Positions 25,163 to 38,784 of a DNA stretch of 64,000 bases are shown in pieces (the first letter of the stretch is position 1; every line of letters begins with the position of its first letter). Below the pieces are notes generated by a model that did no database searches, had not been told where the DNA came from, and was given only the letters and a program-made list of their open reading frames with translations. The stretch is taken from positions 84,818,001 to 84,882,000 of the forward strand of contig NC_058368.1 of assembly GCF_018350175.1 (NCBI RefSeq). The letters are read 5' to 3'. The position numbers were made by a program, and so were the translations under genes. Source of the DNA: Felis catus. Taxonomy: Eukaryota.

Positions 25163-28100
25163 GTGTGTTTGTGTGTGTGTATTTTTCTTCTTTTTATCCC
25201 CTTATTTCTTCCCTTCTCTGGTCTGGTTATTCTGGTTTTTGGTGTGTTTAAGCAGACTCTTTTTAACTATTATTTTTGCACCTCTTCTGTATCGCCTTTT
25301 TTTTTTTCTCTCTCTCTGGACTAAGCCATATAGTTTCTCTGATTATCTGCCTGGTCAATTGTGTTTTTTTTTTCTTTTTTTCTTTTCACTGCCCTTGACA
25401 TTTATCTCTTTCTATAGGATAAGGTCTCTTCCACCACCCCATCCTTTTAAAAAAAATTTCCAGGGATACTTCAACAAAAAATCAAAGCACAATTGGTGGA
25501 AGGTCTAAAACACCAATGCAAGTAGGGAGATAAAGCAATTAGAGTCACAACACAGAACATTAAACACACTCCAAAAACATCTCCTGAAAGGCAGGACCCA
25601 GACAGCATAAGAATCCTTTTAAATACGGAAATGCTCACAGGTGCAGGACTCATAATAAGCTATTAAAACACATAAGGGACAGAAAACTAGCCAATATGAT
25701 GAAACGGGCGATTTCTCCTTAAAATAAATTCCAGGAATAAATGACAGATAAGGATTTCCTGAAAAACGGATATAAACAATATAACTGACCAAAAATTTAG
25801 AATAATAGTCATAGGATTAATAGGTAGCTTGAAAAAAAAAGCAAAGAACAGAAGAGAATATATTGCTGTTGAGATCAAGGAACTACTAAATAGTCATAAC
25901 AAACTAAGAAATCCTATAAATGAGGTGCAAAATAACTAGATTCAGTAACAGCAGGGATGGAGGAGGAAGAGAGGAGATTAAGTTAAATAGAAGGTAAAAT
26001 TATGGAAAATGATGAAGCCAAGAAAAAGAGAAGAAAACACTAGACCATGAGACAATTAGAGAACTAAATAATTCAATGAAATGTAATAATATTCATATCA
26101 TAGGAGTTCTGGAAGAAGAAAAAGAGAGAAAAAGGGACAGAAGTTTTACCTAAACAAATTATTGCTGAGAAATTCCCTAATCTAAGGAAGGAAAAGAACT
26201 TCCAAGTCCAGGAGGCACAGAGAACTCCTTTCAGATTTAACAGGAATATCTTATCCATGGCATATCATAGTGAAACTGGCAAAATTCAAAGAAAAAGAGA
26301 AAATTCTGAAAGCAGCTAAGGACAAAACGACCCTAACTTACAAGGATAGACACATAAGAGTAGTAGCAGACCTGTCCACTGAAACCTGGCAGGCCAGTAG
26401 AATGTGGTGGGAAATATCCAATGTGAAGAATAAAAAAATATACAGCCAAGAATCTTTTATCCAGCAAGGCTGTCATCCAGAATAGAAGGAGAGATAAAAG
26501 TTTCCCATACAACAAAAACCGAAGGAGTTCATGACCACTAAACCAGCCCTGCAAGAGATTCTTAGGGGGACCTGTGAGTGGAATGCTGCAAACACTACAA
26601 AGGACCAGAGAAATTGCCACAATCATGAAACCTACAGATAACACAATGACACTAAATCCATATATTTCAATAATAACTCTGAATGTAAATGGACCCAATG
26701 CTCCAATCAAAAGACACAGGGTATCAGAATGGATTAAAAAAACAAGGTCCATCTATATGCTGACTAGAAGAGACCCATTGTCGACTTGAAGGGAACTTCA
26801 GATTGAAACTGTGGATGGAGAAACATCTATCATGCTACTGGAAGTCAAAACACAATTGGAGTAGCCATTCTTATATCAGACAAACTAGATTTTAAACTAA
26901 ATGCTGTAACAAGAGTTGGAGAAGGGCATTATATCATAATTACAGTTCCTATCCGTCAAGAAAGCTAACAATTATAAATGTTTATGCTCCCAACTTGGGG
27001 ATAACCATATATATGCATCAATTAATCACAAACATAAGAAATTTTATTGATATGAATACTGTAAGTGCAGGACACTTTAATACTTCACTTACAAGAATGG
27101 GCAGATCACCTAGACAGAAAATCGATAAAGAAACAATGGACTTAAAGATGAAGTCAAGCTTTCACTTTTTGCAGATGACATGATATTATACAGAGAAAAC
27201 CCCATAGACTCCACCAAAAACTGTCAGAAATGATACATGAATTCAGCAAAGGGGGAGGATACATAATTAATATATAGAAGTCATTGCATTCTTATACACT
27301 AATGATGAAGCGACAGAAACACAAATAAAGGAACTGATCCCATTCACAATTTCACCAAGAATCATAAAATACCTAGGGATTTTATGTTTAGAAAAACATA
27401 AAATTATGTTTTTGTTTAGAAAATGGTGCTGGGAGAACTGGACAGCAACATGCAGAAGAATGACACTAGACCACTTTCTTACACCATTCACAAAAATAAA
27501 CTCAAAATGGATAAAGGACGTGAATGTGAGACAGGAAACCATCAAAATCCTAGAGGAGAAAGGAAAAAACCTTTCTGACCTCAGTCGCAGCAATTTCTTA
27601 TTTGACACATCTCCAAAGGCAAGGGAATTAGAAGCAAAAGTGAAATATTGGGACATCATCAAGATAATAAGCTTCTGCACTGCAAAGGAAACAATCAACA
27701 AAACTCAAAGACAACCAACGGAATGTGAAAATATATTTGCAAATGACATATTGGATAAAGGGCTACTATCTAAAATCTATAAAGAACTCACCAAACTCCA
27801 GACCCAAAAAACAAATAATCCAGTGAAGAAATGGGCAGAAGACATGAGTAGACATCCAGATGGCCAACAGGCACCTGAAAAGATGCTTAACGTCACTCTT
27901 CATCAGGGAAATACAAATCAAAACCACACTGAGATATCACTTCACACCAGTTACCATGGCTAAAATAAACAAATAAGGAAGCTATAGATGCTGGAGAGGA
28001 TGTTGAGAAACGGGAACCCTCTTGCACTGTTGGTGGGAATGCAAACTGGTGCAGCCGCTCTGGAAAACAGTGTGGAGGTTCCTCATAAAATTAAAAATAG

Positions 28101-28953
28101 ATCTATAGTATGACCCAGCAACAGCACTGCTAGGAATTTACCCAAGGGATACAGGAGTGCTGATGCATAGCGGCACTTGTACCCTTATGTTTATAGCAGA
28201 ACTTTCAACAATAGCCAAATTATGAAAAGAGCCTAAATGTCCATCAACTGATGAATGGATAAAGAAATTGTTGTTTACAATGAGAAAGAATGAAATATGG
28301 CCCTTTGTAGCAACATGGATGGAACTGGAGAATGTTATGCTAAGTGAAATAAGTCACAGAGAGAAAGACAGATACCATATGTTTTCACTTCTATGTGGAT
28401 CCTGAGAAACTAAACAGAAGACCGTGGAGGAGGGGAAGGGGAAGAAATGAGTTAGAGAGGGAGGGACGCAAACCACAAGAGACTCTTAAAAACTGAGAAT
28501 AAACTGTGGGTTGAGGGGGAGTGGGAGGGAGGGGAAATTGGGTGATGGGCACTGAGGAGGGCACCTGTTGGGATGAGCACTGGGTGTTGTATGGAAACTA
28601 ATTTGATAATAAATTTCATATTAAAAAATAAAAAAAAAGTAGCAATGGCCTTAAATGATACCTTGGACCAGATGGACTTGACAGATACATTGAGAACTTT
28701 ACATCCAAAAGCAGTAGAATACACATTCTTTGCAAGTGCACATGGAACATTCTCCAAGATGGATCACATACTGTGTCACAAAACAGCCCTCAATTAATAT
28801 AAAATAATTGAGATCATACCATGCATATTTTCTAGTCACAACAGTATGATACTTGAGATCAACAACAAGAAAAAATTTGGAAAACCCCTAAATGCATGGA
28901 CATTAAAGAACATCCTATGGAAGAATACATTGGTCAGCCAGGAAATTAAAGAT

Positions 28954-29003
<50 letters not shown>

Positions 29004-32000
29004 CACACACACACACACACGCATGCACGCACACACACACAACAAAGGAAAATGAAAACAGGACATTAGAAACATTTTGAGATGCAGCAAAGACAGTCCT
29101 AATAGGAAAAGGCATTACAATCCAGGCTTATCTCAAGAAACAAGAAAAATCCCAAATACAATATATAACAGCACACCTAAAAGTACTAGAAACAGAAGAG
29201 GAACGAAACCCCAAAGTCAGCAGAAGAAGTGAAATAATAAAGATCACAGCAGAAATAAACAATATGGAATCCCAAAACAAAACAAAACAAAACAAAACAA
29301 AACAGTAGAACAGATCAATGTATCTAAGAACAGGATTTTGGAAAATAAACAAAATTGATAAACCTATAGCCAGATTTTTCAAACAGAAAAGAAAGAGAAC
29401 CATAATGATGCAATCATGAATGGAAATGGATTTATCACCACAGATCCCTCATAAATAAAAGCAATTCTCAAAGAATATTATGAGAAATTATACATCAAGA
29501 AGCTGGACAACCTGGAAGAAATGGACCAATTCCTAGACACCCACACACTACCAAAATTCAAACAGGAAGAAATAGGAGACTGAAGAGACCCATAATCAAA
29601 GAACTTGACTCAGTTATCAAAAACCTCCCAGCAAATTAGAGTCCTGGGCCATATGGCTTCCCAGGGGAATTCTACCAGACATTTAAAGCAGAGTTAATAC
29701 CTATCCTTCTCAAGCTGTTACAAAAACATTGAAATGGAAGGAAAGCTTCCAGATTCATTTTACAAAGCCAGCATTATTTTGATTCCTAAACCAGACAGAG
29801 ACCCCACTAAAAGGAGAATTACAGGCCAATTCCCCTGATGAACATGGATACAAAAATTCTCAACAAGATACTAGCAAATTGAATTCAACAGTATATCAAA
29901 AGAATTATTCACCATGATCGAGTGGGATTCATTCATAGGCTGCAGGGCTGGTTCAACATTCACAAATCAATCAATTTGATACATTACATTAATAAAAGAA
30001 AGCATAAGAACTGTATGATTCTGTCAATAGGTGCAGAAAAAGCATTTGACAAAATACAGCATCTTATAATAAAAACCCTCCAGAAAGTCAGGATAGAACG
30101 AACATACCTCAACATCATAAAAGCCATTTATGAACAGCACACAGCTAATATCATCCTAAATCAGGAAAAATGGAGATCTTTCCCCTGGTGATCAGGAACA
30201 CGGCAGGAATGTCCACTCTCACCACTGTTTTTTAACATCGTGTTGGAAGTCGTAGCATCAGCAATAAGACAGCAAAATGAAATAAAATGCATCCAAATTG
30301 GGAAAGAAGTGAAACTTTCACTTTTCACAGATGACATGGTACTCTACATGGAAAACCCTAAAGATTCCACCAAAAAGCTTCTAGAACTGATACATGAAAT
30401 CAGCAAAGTTGAATAATACAAAACAAGTGTGCAGAAATCAGTTGCATTTCTATACACAAATAATGAGGCACCAGAAAGAGAAATCAAGAAATCAATCCAA
30501 TTTATAATTGCTCCAAGAACCGTAAAATAGCCAGGAATAAACCTAAACAAAGATGTAAAAGTGCTGTATGCTGAAAACTATAGAAAACTTTTGAAGTGAA
30601 TTGAAGAAGACACAAATAAATGGAAAAATATTTCGTACTAATGGGTTGGAAGAACAAACATTGTTAAAATGACAATACTAACTAAAACAGTCTACACATT
30701 CATTGCAATCCCAATCAAAATTGCTCTGACATTCTTCTCAAAGCTAGAACAAACAATACTAAAATTTGTATGGAACCACAAAGGACCATTTATAGACAAA
30801 CATACGTTGAAACAGAAAAACAAAGTGGGAGGCATCACAATCCCAGACTTCACCTCTACTACAAAGCTGTTATCACCAAGACAGCATGGTACTGGCACAA
30901 GAACAGACACATAGACTGATGGAATAGAAACGAAAGTGTACAATTGAACCCATAAATATATGGCCACCTAATCTTTGATGAATCAGGAAAGAGTATCCAA
31001 TGGAAAAAAAAAGACAGTATCCTTAGCAAAAGGTGCTGAGAGAACTGCATAGCACCATGCAGAAGGAATGAAAGCAAAATTGAATTATTGGGACCTCATC
31101 AATATAAAAATCTCCTGCACTGCAAATGAAACAATCAACAAAACGAAAAGCAACTGATGAAATGAGAGAAGATATTTACAAATGACATATTGGATAAAGG
31201 GTTAGTATCCAAAATACATAAAGAACTTACCAAAGTCAATACCAAAATCAGATAATCCAGTGAAGAAATGGTCAGAAGACATCACTAGACACTTTTTCAA
31301 AGAAAACCTCCAGAGGGCCAACAGACACATGACAAGATGCTCAACATCACTAATCATTAGGTAAATACAAATCCAAATGGCATTGAGATACCACCTCACA
31401 TTGGTCAGAGTGGAAAAAAAAAAACTCAGGCAACAACAGATGTTGGTTGTCAAGGATGTGGAGAAAACGGAACCCTCTTGACTGTTGGTGAGAATGCAAA
31501 CTGGTGCAGCCACTCTGGAAAACAGTATGGAGGTTCCTCAAAAAATTAAAAATAGAATTACCCTTTGACACTACTAGGAATTTATCCAAAGGATACAGGA
31601 GTGCTGATGCATAGGAGCACTTGTACCCCAATGTTTACAGCAGCACTTTCAACAATAGCCAAATTATGGAAAGAGCACAAATGTCCATCAACTGATGAAT
31701 TGAGAAATAAGATGTGGTTTATATATACAATGGAAACTACTTGGCAATGAAAAAGAATTAAATCCTGACGTTTGCAACAACATGAATGGAACTGGAGGGT
31801 ATTATGCTAAGTGAAATAAGTCAGTCAGAGATAGACAAAATATGTTTTCACTCATATGTGGAACTTGAGAAACTTAACAGAAGACACTGGGGGAAGGAAG
31901 AGGAAAAATAGTTTCAAACAGAGAGGGAGACAAACCATAAGAGATCCTTAAATACAGAGAACCAATTCAGGGTTTATGGGGGGTGTGGGATGAGTGAAAT

Positions 32001-32160
32001 GGGTGATGGGTATTGAGGATTGTACTTGTTGGGATGAGCACTGGGTATTGTATGTAAACGATGAATCATAGGACTCTATCCCCAAAACCAAGAGAACACT
32101 GTATACACTGAATGTTATGTAACTTGACAATAAATTATATATATAAACAAACAAACAAAT
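23865..32160 (+). mobile_element. Full-length L1 'B' (5'UTR with ~180-bp tandem monomers, ORF1, ORF2, 3'UTR), inactivated
   Basis: 5' end GGAGGGAGGAGTCAACATGGC; ORF1 fragment 26270-26485; EN start ISIITLNVNG (~26665); RT-region fragments 29922-30191; A-rich tail at ~32160; TSD AAAATGTGCCCTCCT/AAAAAGTGCTCTCCT. Confidence 0.92.
27147..28635 (+). mobile_element. 5'-truncated L1 'C' nested in the ORF2 EN domain of L1 B
   Basis: Begins in the RT region (LFADDM); ORF 27406-27963 is the ORF2 C-terminal region; poly-A tail; 20-bp TSD (17/20 identical) at 27127-27146 and 28636-28655. Confidence 0.92.
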
Positions 32161-35100
32161 AAAAAGTGCTCTCCTAAATGGCCATCATCATTTAGCCCAT
32201 CTCCCTACCCAACACCCCACCAACAACTCTCATTTTGTTCTCTGTATTTAAGAGTCTCTTATGGTTTGTCTCCCTCTCTGTTTTTATCTTATTTTTGCTT
32301 CCCTTCTGCTTTGTTCTGCTTTGTTTCTTAAATTCCACATGTGTGAAATCATATTTTTGTCTTTCTCTGAATGACTTATTTCCCTTAGCATAATATATCC
32401 TAGTTCAATTGACATTGTTGCAAAATACAAAAGTTAATTATTTTTTATTGTTGAGTAGTATTCCATTGTATATATATATATACCACATCTACTTTATCCT
32501 TCCATCATTTGATAGGTATTTGGGATTTTTCCATACTTTGGCTATTGTCGATATTGCTGCTATTAACATTGGGGTGTATAAGCCCCTTTGAATGGGCATT
32601 TTCATATCCTTTGAATAAACTCTTAGTAGTGAAATTGCTGGGTCATAAGGTAGATCTATTTTTAATTTTTGAGGAACCTCGACACTGTTTTCTGAGCAGC
32701 TGCACCAGGTTGCATTCCCACGAGCAGTGTAAAGTGTTCCTCTTTCTCCTCTTTGCCAATATCTGTTATTGTCTGAGTTGTTAGTTTTAGACCTTCTGAC
32801 ACGTGTGAGGTAGTATCTCATTGTGGTTTTCATTTGTATTTCCTTGATGATGTGTATTTTGAGTATCTTTTCATATGTGTGTTAGACATCTGGAAATCTT
32901 TGGAAAGTGTCTATTCATGTCTCTTGCCCACTTCTTCACTGGAGTATTTGTTTTTTAGGTGTTGAGATTGATATGTTCTCTATAGATTTTGGTCACTAGC
33001 CATTTATCCCATTTTTCATTTCCAAATATCTTCTCCCATTCCATCGGTTGCTTTTTAGTTTTGCTGATTGTTTCCATCACTGTGTGGAAGTTTTTATCTT
33101 GATGAGGTCCCAGTAGTTCACTTTTGTTTTTATTTCTCTTGCCTCCAGAGACATATGAAGGTAGTAGTTGCTGAGGTCGAGGTTGTTGCCTGTTTTCTCC
33201 TCTAGGATTTTCATGGCTTCATACCTTACGTTTAGGTCTTTCATACATTTTGAGTTTATTTTTGTGTATGGTGTAAGAAAATGGTCCAGGTTCATTCTTC
33301 CTCATGTTGCTGTCCAGTTTTCTCAGCACCATTTGCTGAAAGGACTGCTTTTTTTTCCATTGGATATTATTTCCTGCTTTGTCAAAGATCAGTGACCTTG
33401 CATTTGGGGGTGAATTTCTGGTTCTCTATTCTATTCCATTTATCTATGTGTCTGTTTTTGTGCCAGTACCAGACTGTCTCAATGATTATAGCTTTGTAAT
33501 ACAGTCTAAATTCCTCAAATGTGATGCCTACAGCTTTGGTTTCTTTTTCAACATTACTTTGCCTATTCAGGGTCTTTTCTGGATGCATACAAATTTTAGG
33601 ATTGTTTTTTCTAGCTTTGAGAAGAATGCTGGTGTAATTGTTAGGGATTGCATTGAATAAGTTGATTGCTTTGGGTAGTATCAATATTTTAACAATATTT
33701 GTTCTTCAAATCCATGAGTATGAAATGTTCTTAATTTTTGTGTGGAAGAAATCCATCCATTTTCATAGCTTACTATATTTTTCAGTGTATAGATATTTCA
33801 CCTCTGGTTAAGTTTATTCCTAGGTATTTTATGGTTTGGTGCAATTTTAGTTGGGATTGATTCCTTGATTTCTCTTTCTGGTGCTTCATTATTGGTGTAT
33901 AGAAATGCAAACAATTTCTGTACATTTATTTTATATCCTGTATTTTTACTGAATTTATTTATCCATTCTAGCAGTTTTATAGTGGCGTCTTTTGGGCTTT
34001 CCACATCTGGTATCATGTCATCTGTAAAGAGTGAAAATTTGACTTCTTCCTTACTCATTTGGAGACCTTTATTTCTTTTTGTTATCTGAATACTGAGGCT
34101 AGGACTTCCAACAATATGTTGAATAACAGTGTTGAGAATCAGCATCCCTGTCATGTTCCTAACCTTAGGAGGAAATTTCTCAGCTTTTTGCCATGGAGGA
34201 TATTAGCTTGGATATTTCATATATGACCTTTATAATCTTGAGATATGTTCCTTCTATCACTACTTTCTTGAGGGTTTTTATTCAAGAAACAATGCTGTAT
34301 TTTGTCAAATGCTCTTTGTGCATCTCTTGAGAGGGTCATGTGCTTCTTATCCTGTCTTTGATTAATGTGATGCATCATATTGATTATTTGAAGATATTGA
34401 ACCAGCTTTGTATACTGGGAATAAATCCCACTTGATTGTCTTGTCATCAAGATAGTATGTTACTGGCTCAAAAACAGACACATAGATAAGTGGCACAGAA
34501 TAGATAACCCAGAAATGCACCCCCAAATGTACGGCCACTGATCTTGACAAAGCCAGAAAGAATATCCAATGGAAAAAAAAGCAAGCTCTTTTAATGTATT
34601 GCTGGATCTGGTTTGCTAGTATCTTATTGTGAATTTTTCCATCCATGTTCATCAGGGACAATGGTCTGTAGTTCTCCTTTTTAGTGGGGTCTTTGTCTGG
34701 TTTTGGAATAAAGGTAATGCTGGCCTCATAGAATGAGTTTGGAAGTTTTCCTTCCATTTCTATTTTTTTGGAACAGCTTCAAAAAATGGATGTTAACTCC
34801 TTAAATGTTTGGTGGAATTGCACTGGAAAACTATCCAGTCCTGGACTCCATTTTATTGGGAGACTTTTGATTATTGGTTCAATTTCTTTACTGAATATGT
34901 GTTTGTTCAAATTTTCTATTTTTTCCTGTTTCCATTTTGGTAGTTTATATGTTTTCAGGAATTTGTTCATTTCTTCCAGATTTCCCAATTTGTTGGCATA
35001 TGATTGCTCATAGTATTCTATTTATTGCTCTTATTTCTGTGGTGTTGGTTGTGATCTCCTTCATTTGTGATTTTATTTATTTGGCCCTTAACTTTTTATT

Positions 35101-38100
35101 TTTGATCAATCTGACTAGTGGTTTATCAATTTTGTTAATTCTTTCAAAGCACCAGCTCCAGATTTTATTGATCTGTTTTACTGTTTTGTTTTGTTTTGAT
35201 TTTTGTATCATTGACCTTTGTTCTAATCTTTATTATTTTCCTTCTTCTGCTGATTTTGAGCTTTATTTGCTCTTCTTTTCCCAGGTCTTTTAGTTCTAAA
35301 GTTAGGTCGTGTAGTTGACATCTTTCTTCCTTCATAGGAATGCCTGGATTGCTATGTACTTCCCTCTTCTGCGTTTGTTGCATCCCTAAGGTTTGGGACA
35401 GTTGTGTTTTTATTTTTATTGTCTTCCATGTAATTTTTCACTTCCTCTTTCATTTCTTTGTTAACCCATTCATTCTCTAGTAGGATGTTCTTTAATCTTT
35501 ATATACTCATGGTCTTTCCAAATTTTTTCTTGTAGTTTATTTTGAGGTTCATAGCATTGTGGTCTGAAACTATGCAACATATGATCTCAATCTTTTTGTT
35601 CTTGGTGAAGGTTGATTTGTGACCTAGTATGTGATATATTCTGGAAAGTGTTCATTGTGCACTTGGGAAGAATATGTGTTCTGCTTCTTTAGGGATAAAA
35701 TGTTCTGAATATATCTGTTAGGTCCAACAGTCCTATGTGTCATTCAAAGCCATTGTTTCCTTGTTGATTTTCAGCTTACATGATCTATCCATTGTTGTAA
35801 GTGTGATTTTGGAGTACTCTACTATTATTGTATTATTATCAATGAATGTATTTATCTTTGTGATTAATTGACTTATATGTTTGTGTATTTTCACATTGAG
35901 GGCATAAGTATTTACAATTGTCAGATCTTGGTGGATAGACCCATTAATTATGATATAATGCCCTTCTTCATCCCTTCTTACAGTCTCCATTTTAAAGTTT
36001 GATTTGTCTGATATAGATAAGGTTACTCCAGTTTTCCTTTGATTACCATTAGTGTGATAGATAGTTTTCCATCCTCTCACTTTCAATCTGAAGGTATCTT
36101 TTGGTTTAAAGTAAGTCTCCCATAAGCAGCATATAGATGAGTCTTGTTTTCTTATCCATTCTGATACCTTATATCATTTGATTGGATCATTAGTCCATTT
36201 ACCTCTAGAGTGAGTACTGAAAGATATGAATTTAGAACCATTGTGTTGCCTGTAGAATTGGTGTTTCTGGTACTGTTCTCTGTACTTTCTAGTCTTTGTT
36301 GCTTTTGGTCTGTTTTGTCTTGTCTCAATTCAAAGAGCCCCCCCTTAAAATTTCTTGCAGGGCTGGTTTAGTGGTAACACATTCCTTTAGTTTTTATTTG
36401 TCTTGGAAACTCTTTATCTTCCTTCTATTTTGAATGACAGCCTTGCTGGATAAATAATTCTTGGCTGCATATTTTTTTCTGATTCAGCACATTTGAATAT
36501 ATTCTGCCTCTCCTTTCTATCTTGCCCAGTTTCTGCGTATAGGTCTGCTGTGGACTTATTTTTTTTCTTTGTGGCTTTCATGATTCTTTCCTTGTCTGTG
36601 TGTTTTGTGAATTTGTCAATGATATGCCTTGGTGATGATCAGTTTTTCTTAAATCTAACTGGAATTCTCTGTGATTCTTGGATTTTAATGTCCGTGTCAT
36701 TCCCCAGATTAGGAAAGTTTTCCCCTATATTTCACTCACAGAAACGTTTTGCCTCTTTTTCTCTCTTCATCTTCTGGGACTCTTATGATTCGGATGTTAT
36801 TCCTTTTTAATAAGTCACTGAGTTCTCTAAATCTTGTACCGTGACCTTTTGCCTTTGTTTCCCCCTTTTCTCTGCTTCATTATTCTTCACAATTTTATCT
36901 TCTTAATCGCTGATTTGATGCTCTGCTTTGTGCATTCTTGCTGTTGTCTCATCCCTTCAAGATTGCATCACAGTTACAGCATTTTTAACTTTGGCCTCAC
37001 TAGATTTTATTTCTTTTATCTCCACAGAAAGAGAGTATCTGGAGTCTTCTATGCTTTTTTCACCCCCAGCTACCATTCTTATTATCATGGTTCTAAATCC
37101 TATTCCAGACATCTTACTTTTATCTTTGTTGATTAAGTCCCTGGCTATCATTTCTTCCTGTTATTTCTTTTGGAGTGAATTCCTTCATTTTGTCCTTTTG
37201 GAGGAAGAAAAAAATTAACAAAATAAAAAATAAATTAAATTAAAAAATTTAAAATAAAACAAAAAATAAAATAAAAGAAGCTAGATTCTTTGTGTGTTTT
37301 TGTCTTCTTGTTGAAAGAAGCTTGATAGCATAGAGAAAAAAGGAAAGGACGTTTAAAAAATGTTAAGAAAAAGTTTAAAAATTAAAAAATACATATATAA
37401 TAAACTAGAATAAAAATTTTAAACAATAAACATAAAATAAATAAAAATATATTTTCTTTTTCTATATTCAAGAAAAAGAAAAAAAGGAAGAAAAAAGAAA
37501 ACAATATAAGAAAATCAGAAGAAAAGAAAATGAACAAATAAATGAATCAGCAAACAGAATGAAATCTGAGTGACATTACATCCAGTCTCCCTTAGAAATG
37601 AAACTATGAAGCACTCTATACTCCATACAGTAAGGAGGTTGACTGACTTGTACTAAAATTCTAGGGTATGTACTTGGAAGGCACAGTTCAGTGAGGTGTG
37701 GTATAATAGCTCGGTTCTCCACTAACTGGTGCTGCTTAACTCAGTGGAGTGGGTTAGTGTAGGACACATGTACAGGAGAGGCAGAAATGGCTTCACTGGG
37801 CTCTGTAATCTCTGGTGCAGGAACTTTGAGATCTCACAGACCCATGATCAAGCACCCTTCCTTTGCCTTAGGCTTCTGTCCTCTCTTCACCTCTATCCTG
37901 TCCAGTTCCAAACTGTCTGCCTACCAGGTTGTATCTCCCTCCAGAGTTGTATCTCAGATAGGGCTGTGTTTCAAAAGCCTGCACTTCAGAGATTCCCCAT
38001 GTCTTGGACCCACACCTACTACCTGTGGGAAGGTCTTACTGAGCAATGGCCAGGTATCTGCTTGCCCCAGAAAATATTCATGTTATCATGCCCCAGCAGA

Positions 38101-38784
38101 GGTTCAGAGATTACGGCAAATCACAGCAGCCAGTCAGCACCCGTTTTGCCACACCCTGGTGTCTTTGTTCCCATACCAGCAAATGTGGTTGCTCTCCAGG
38201 GTCCTCTGGGACCTTATGGCCTCTACCAAATGTTCTCCAAGGAGGGGGACCACTTCTCTCATGTGGCACACAGACCCCTCAGACCCCGCTCCCTCCTTCT
38301 GGGGATTCACCCTACTTCCTCACCAGAGCATCGCCAGGCACTGAGTTCCAAAACTTCAGATTCTATGCTCCATGTTTATAGAATCCTGGTGATATTGAAT
38401 ATCTCTTTTTTAGTCAGTGGTTTTGGACAACAGATTTCTTATTCATTCCCCTGAGAGTGTTTTCACTCCTTCTGTCTTTCTCTCCAGCTACTTTCAGGAG
38501 GAGTGCTTTTCTTGTACAATCTACATATGCTGCAATCTCCCCCTTTCTCTCTCTGTCCTTTCTCAGTGAAAACCACTCCCTAACTTCTGTGGCTTTTCTT
38601 TCCCCCAGTTTACCTCCCCACACTGTGTGCCTGCCAAGTTCTGTGGCTCCAGGTATGCAGATTGTTGCATTAATCCTTAGACCAATTTCCTATGTATTCA
38701 AAATGGTTTGATGGTGATGTAGCTGTATTTCAGGGATGAAACAAGCTCAGGGTCTCCATGATGCTCCACTGTCTTTACTCCTGT

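Larger units (their letters stand above)
23738..38782 (-). mobile_element. Full-length-type L1 'A' inserted in ERV env; its 3'UTR is split by L1 'B'
   Basis: The 3'UTR at 23738-23864 continues exactly at 32161. ORF2 and ORF1 fragments span 32.4-37.2 kb (track ORFs 33077-33295, 34362-34757, 35733-36086, 36957-37151). The 5'UTR extends to ~38780. Many stops and frameshifts. Confidence 0.9.

Noticed and set aside
27406..27963. 185-aa ORF
   Set aside because: It is an L1 ORF2 C-terminal fragment whose ATG lies in the deletion filler, and it frameshifts near the end.
37729..38454. 241-aa ORF and overlapping ORFs on the + strand
   Set aside because: They are antisense to the L1 A 5'UTR, have a non-ATG start and show no recognisable domain. 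An ORF0-like role cannot be supported.
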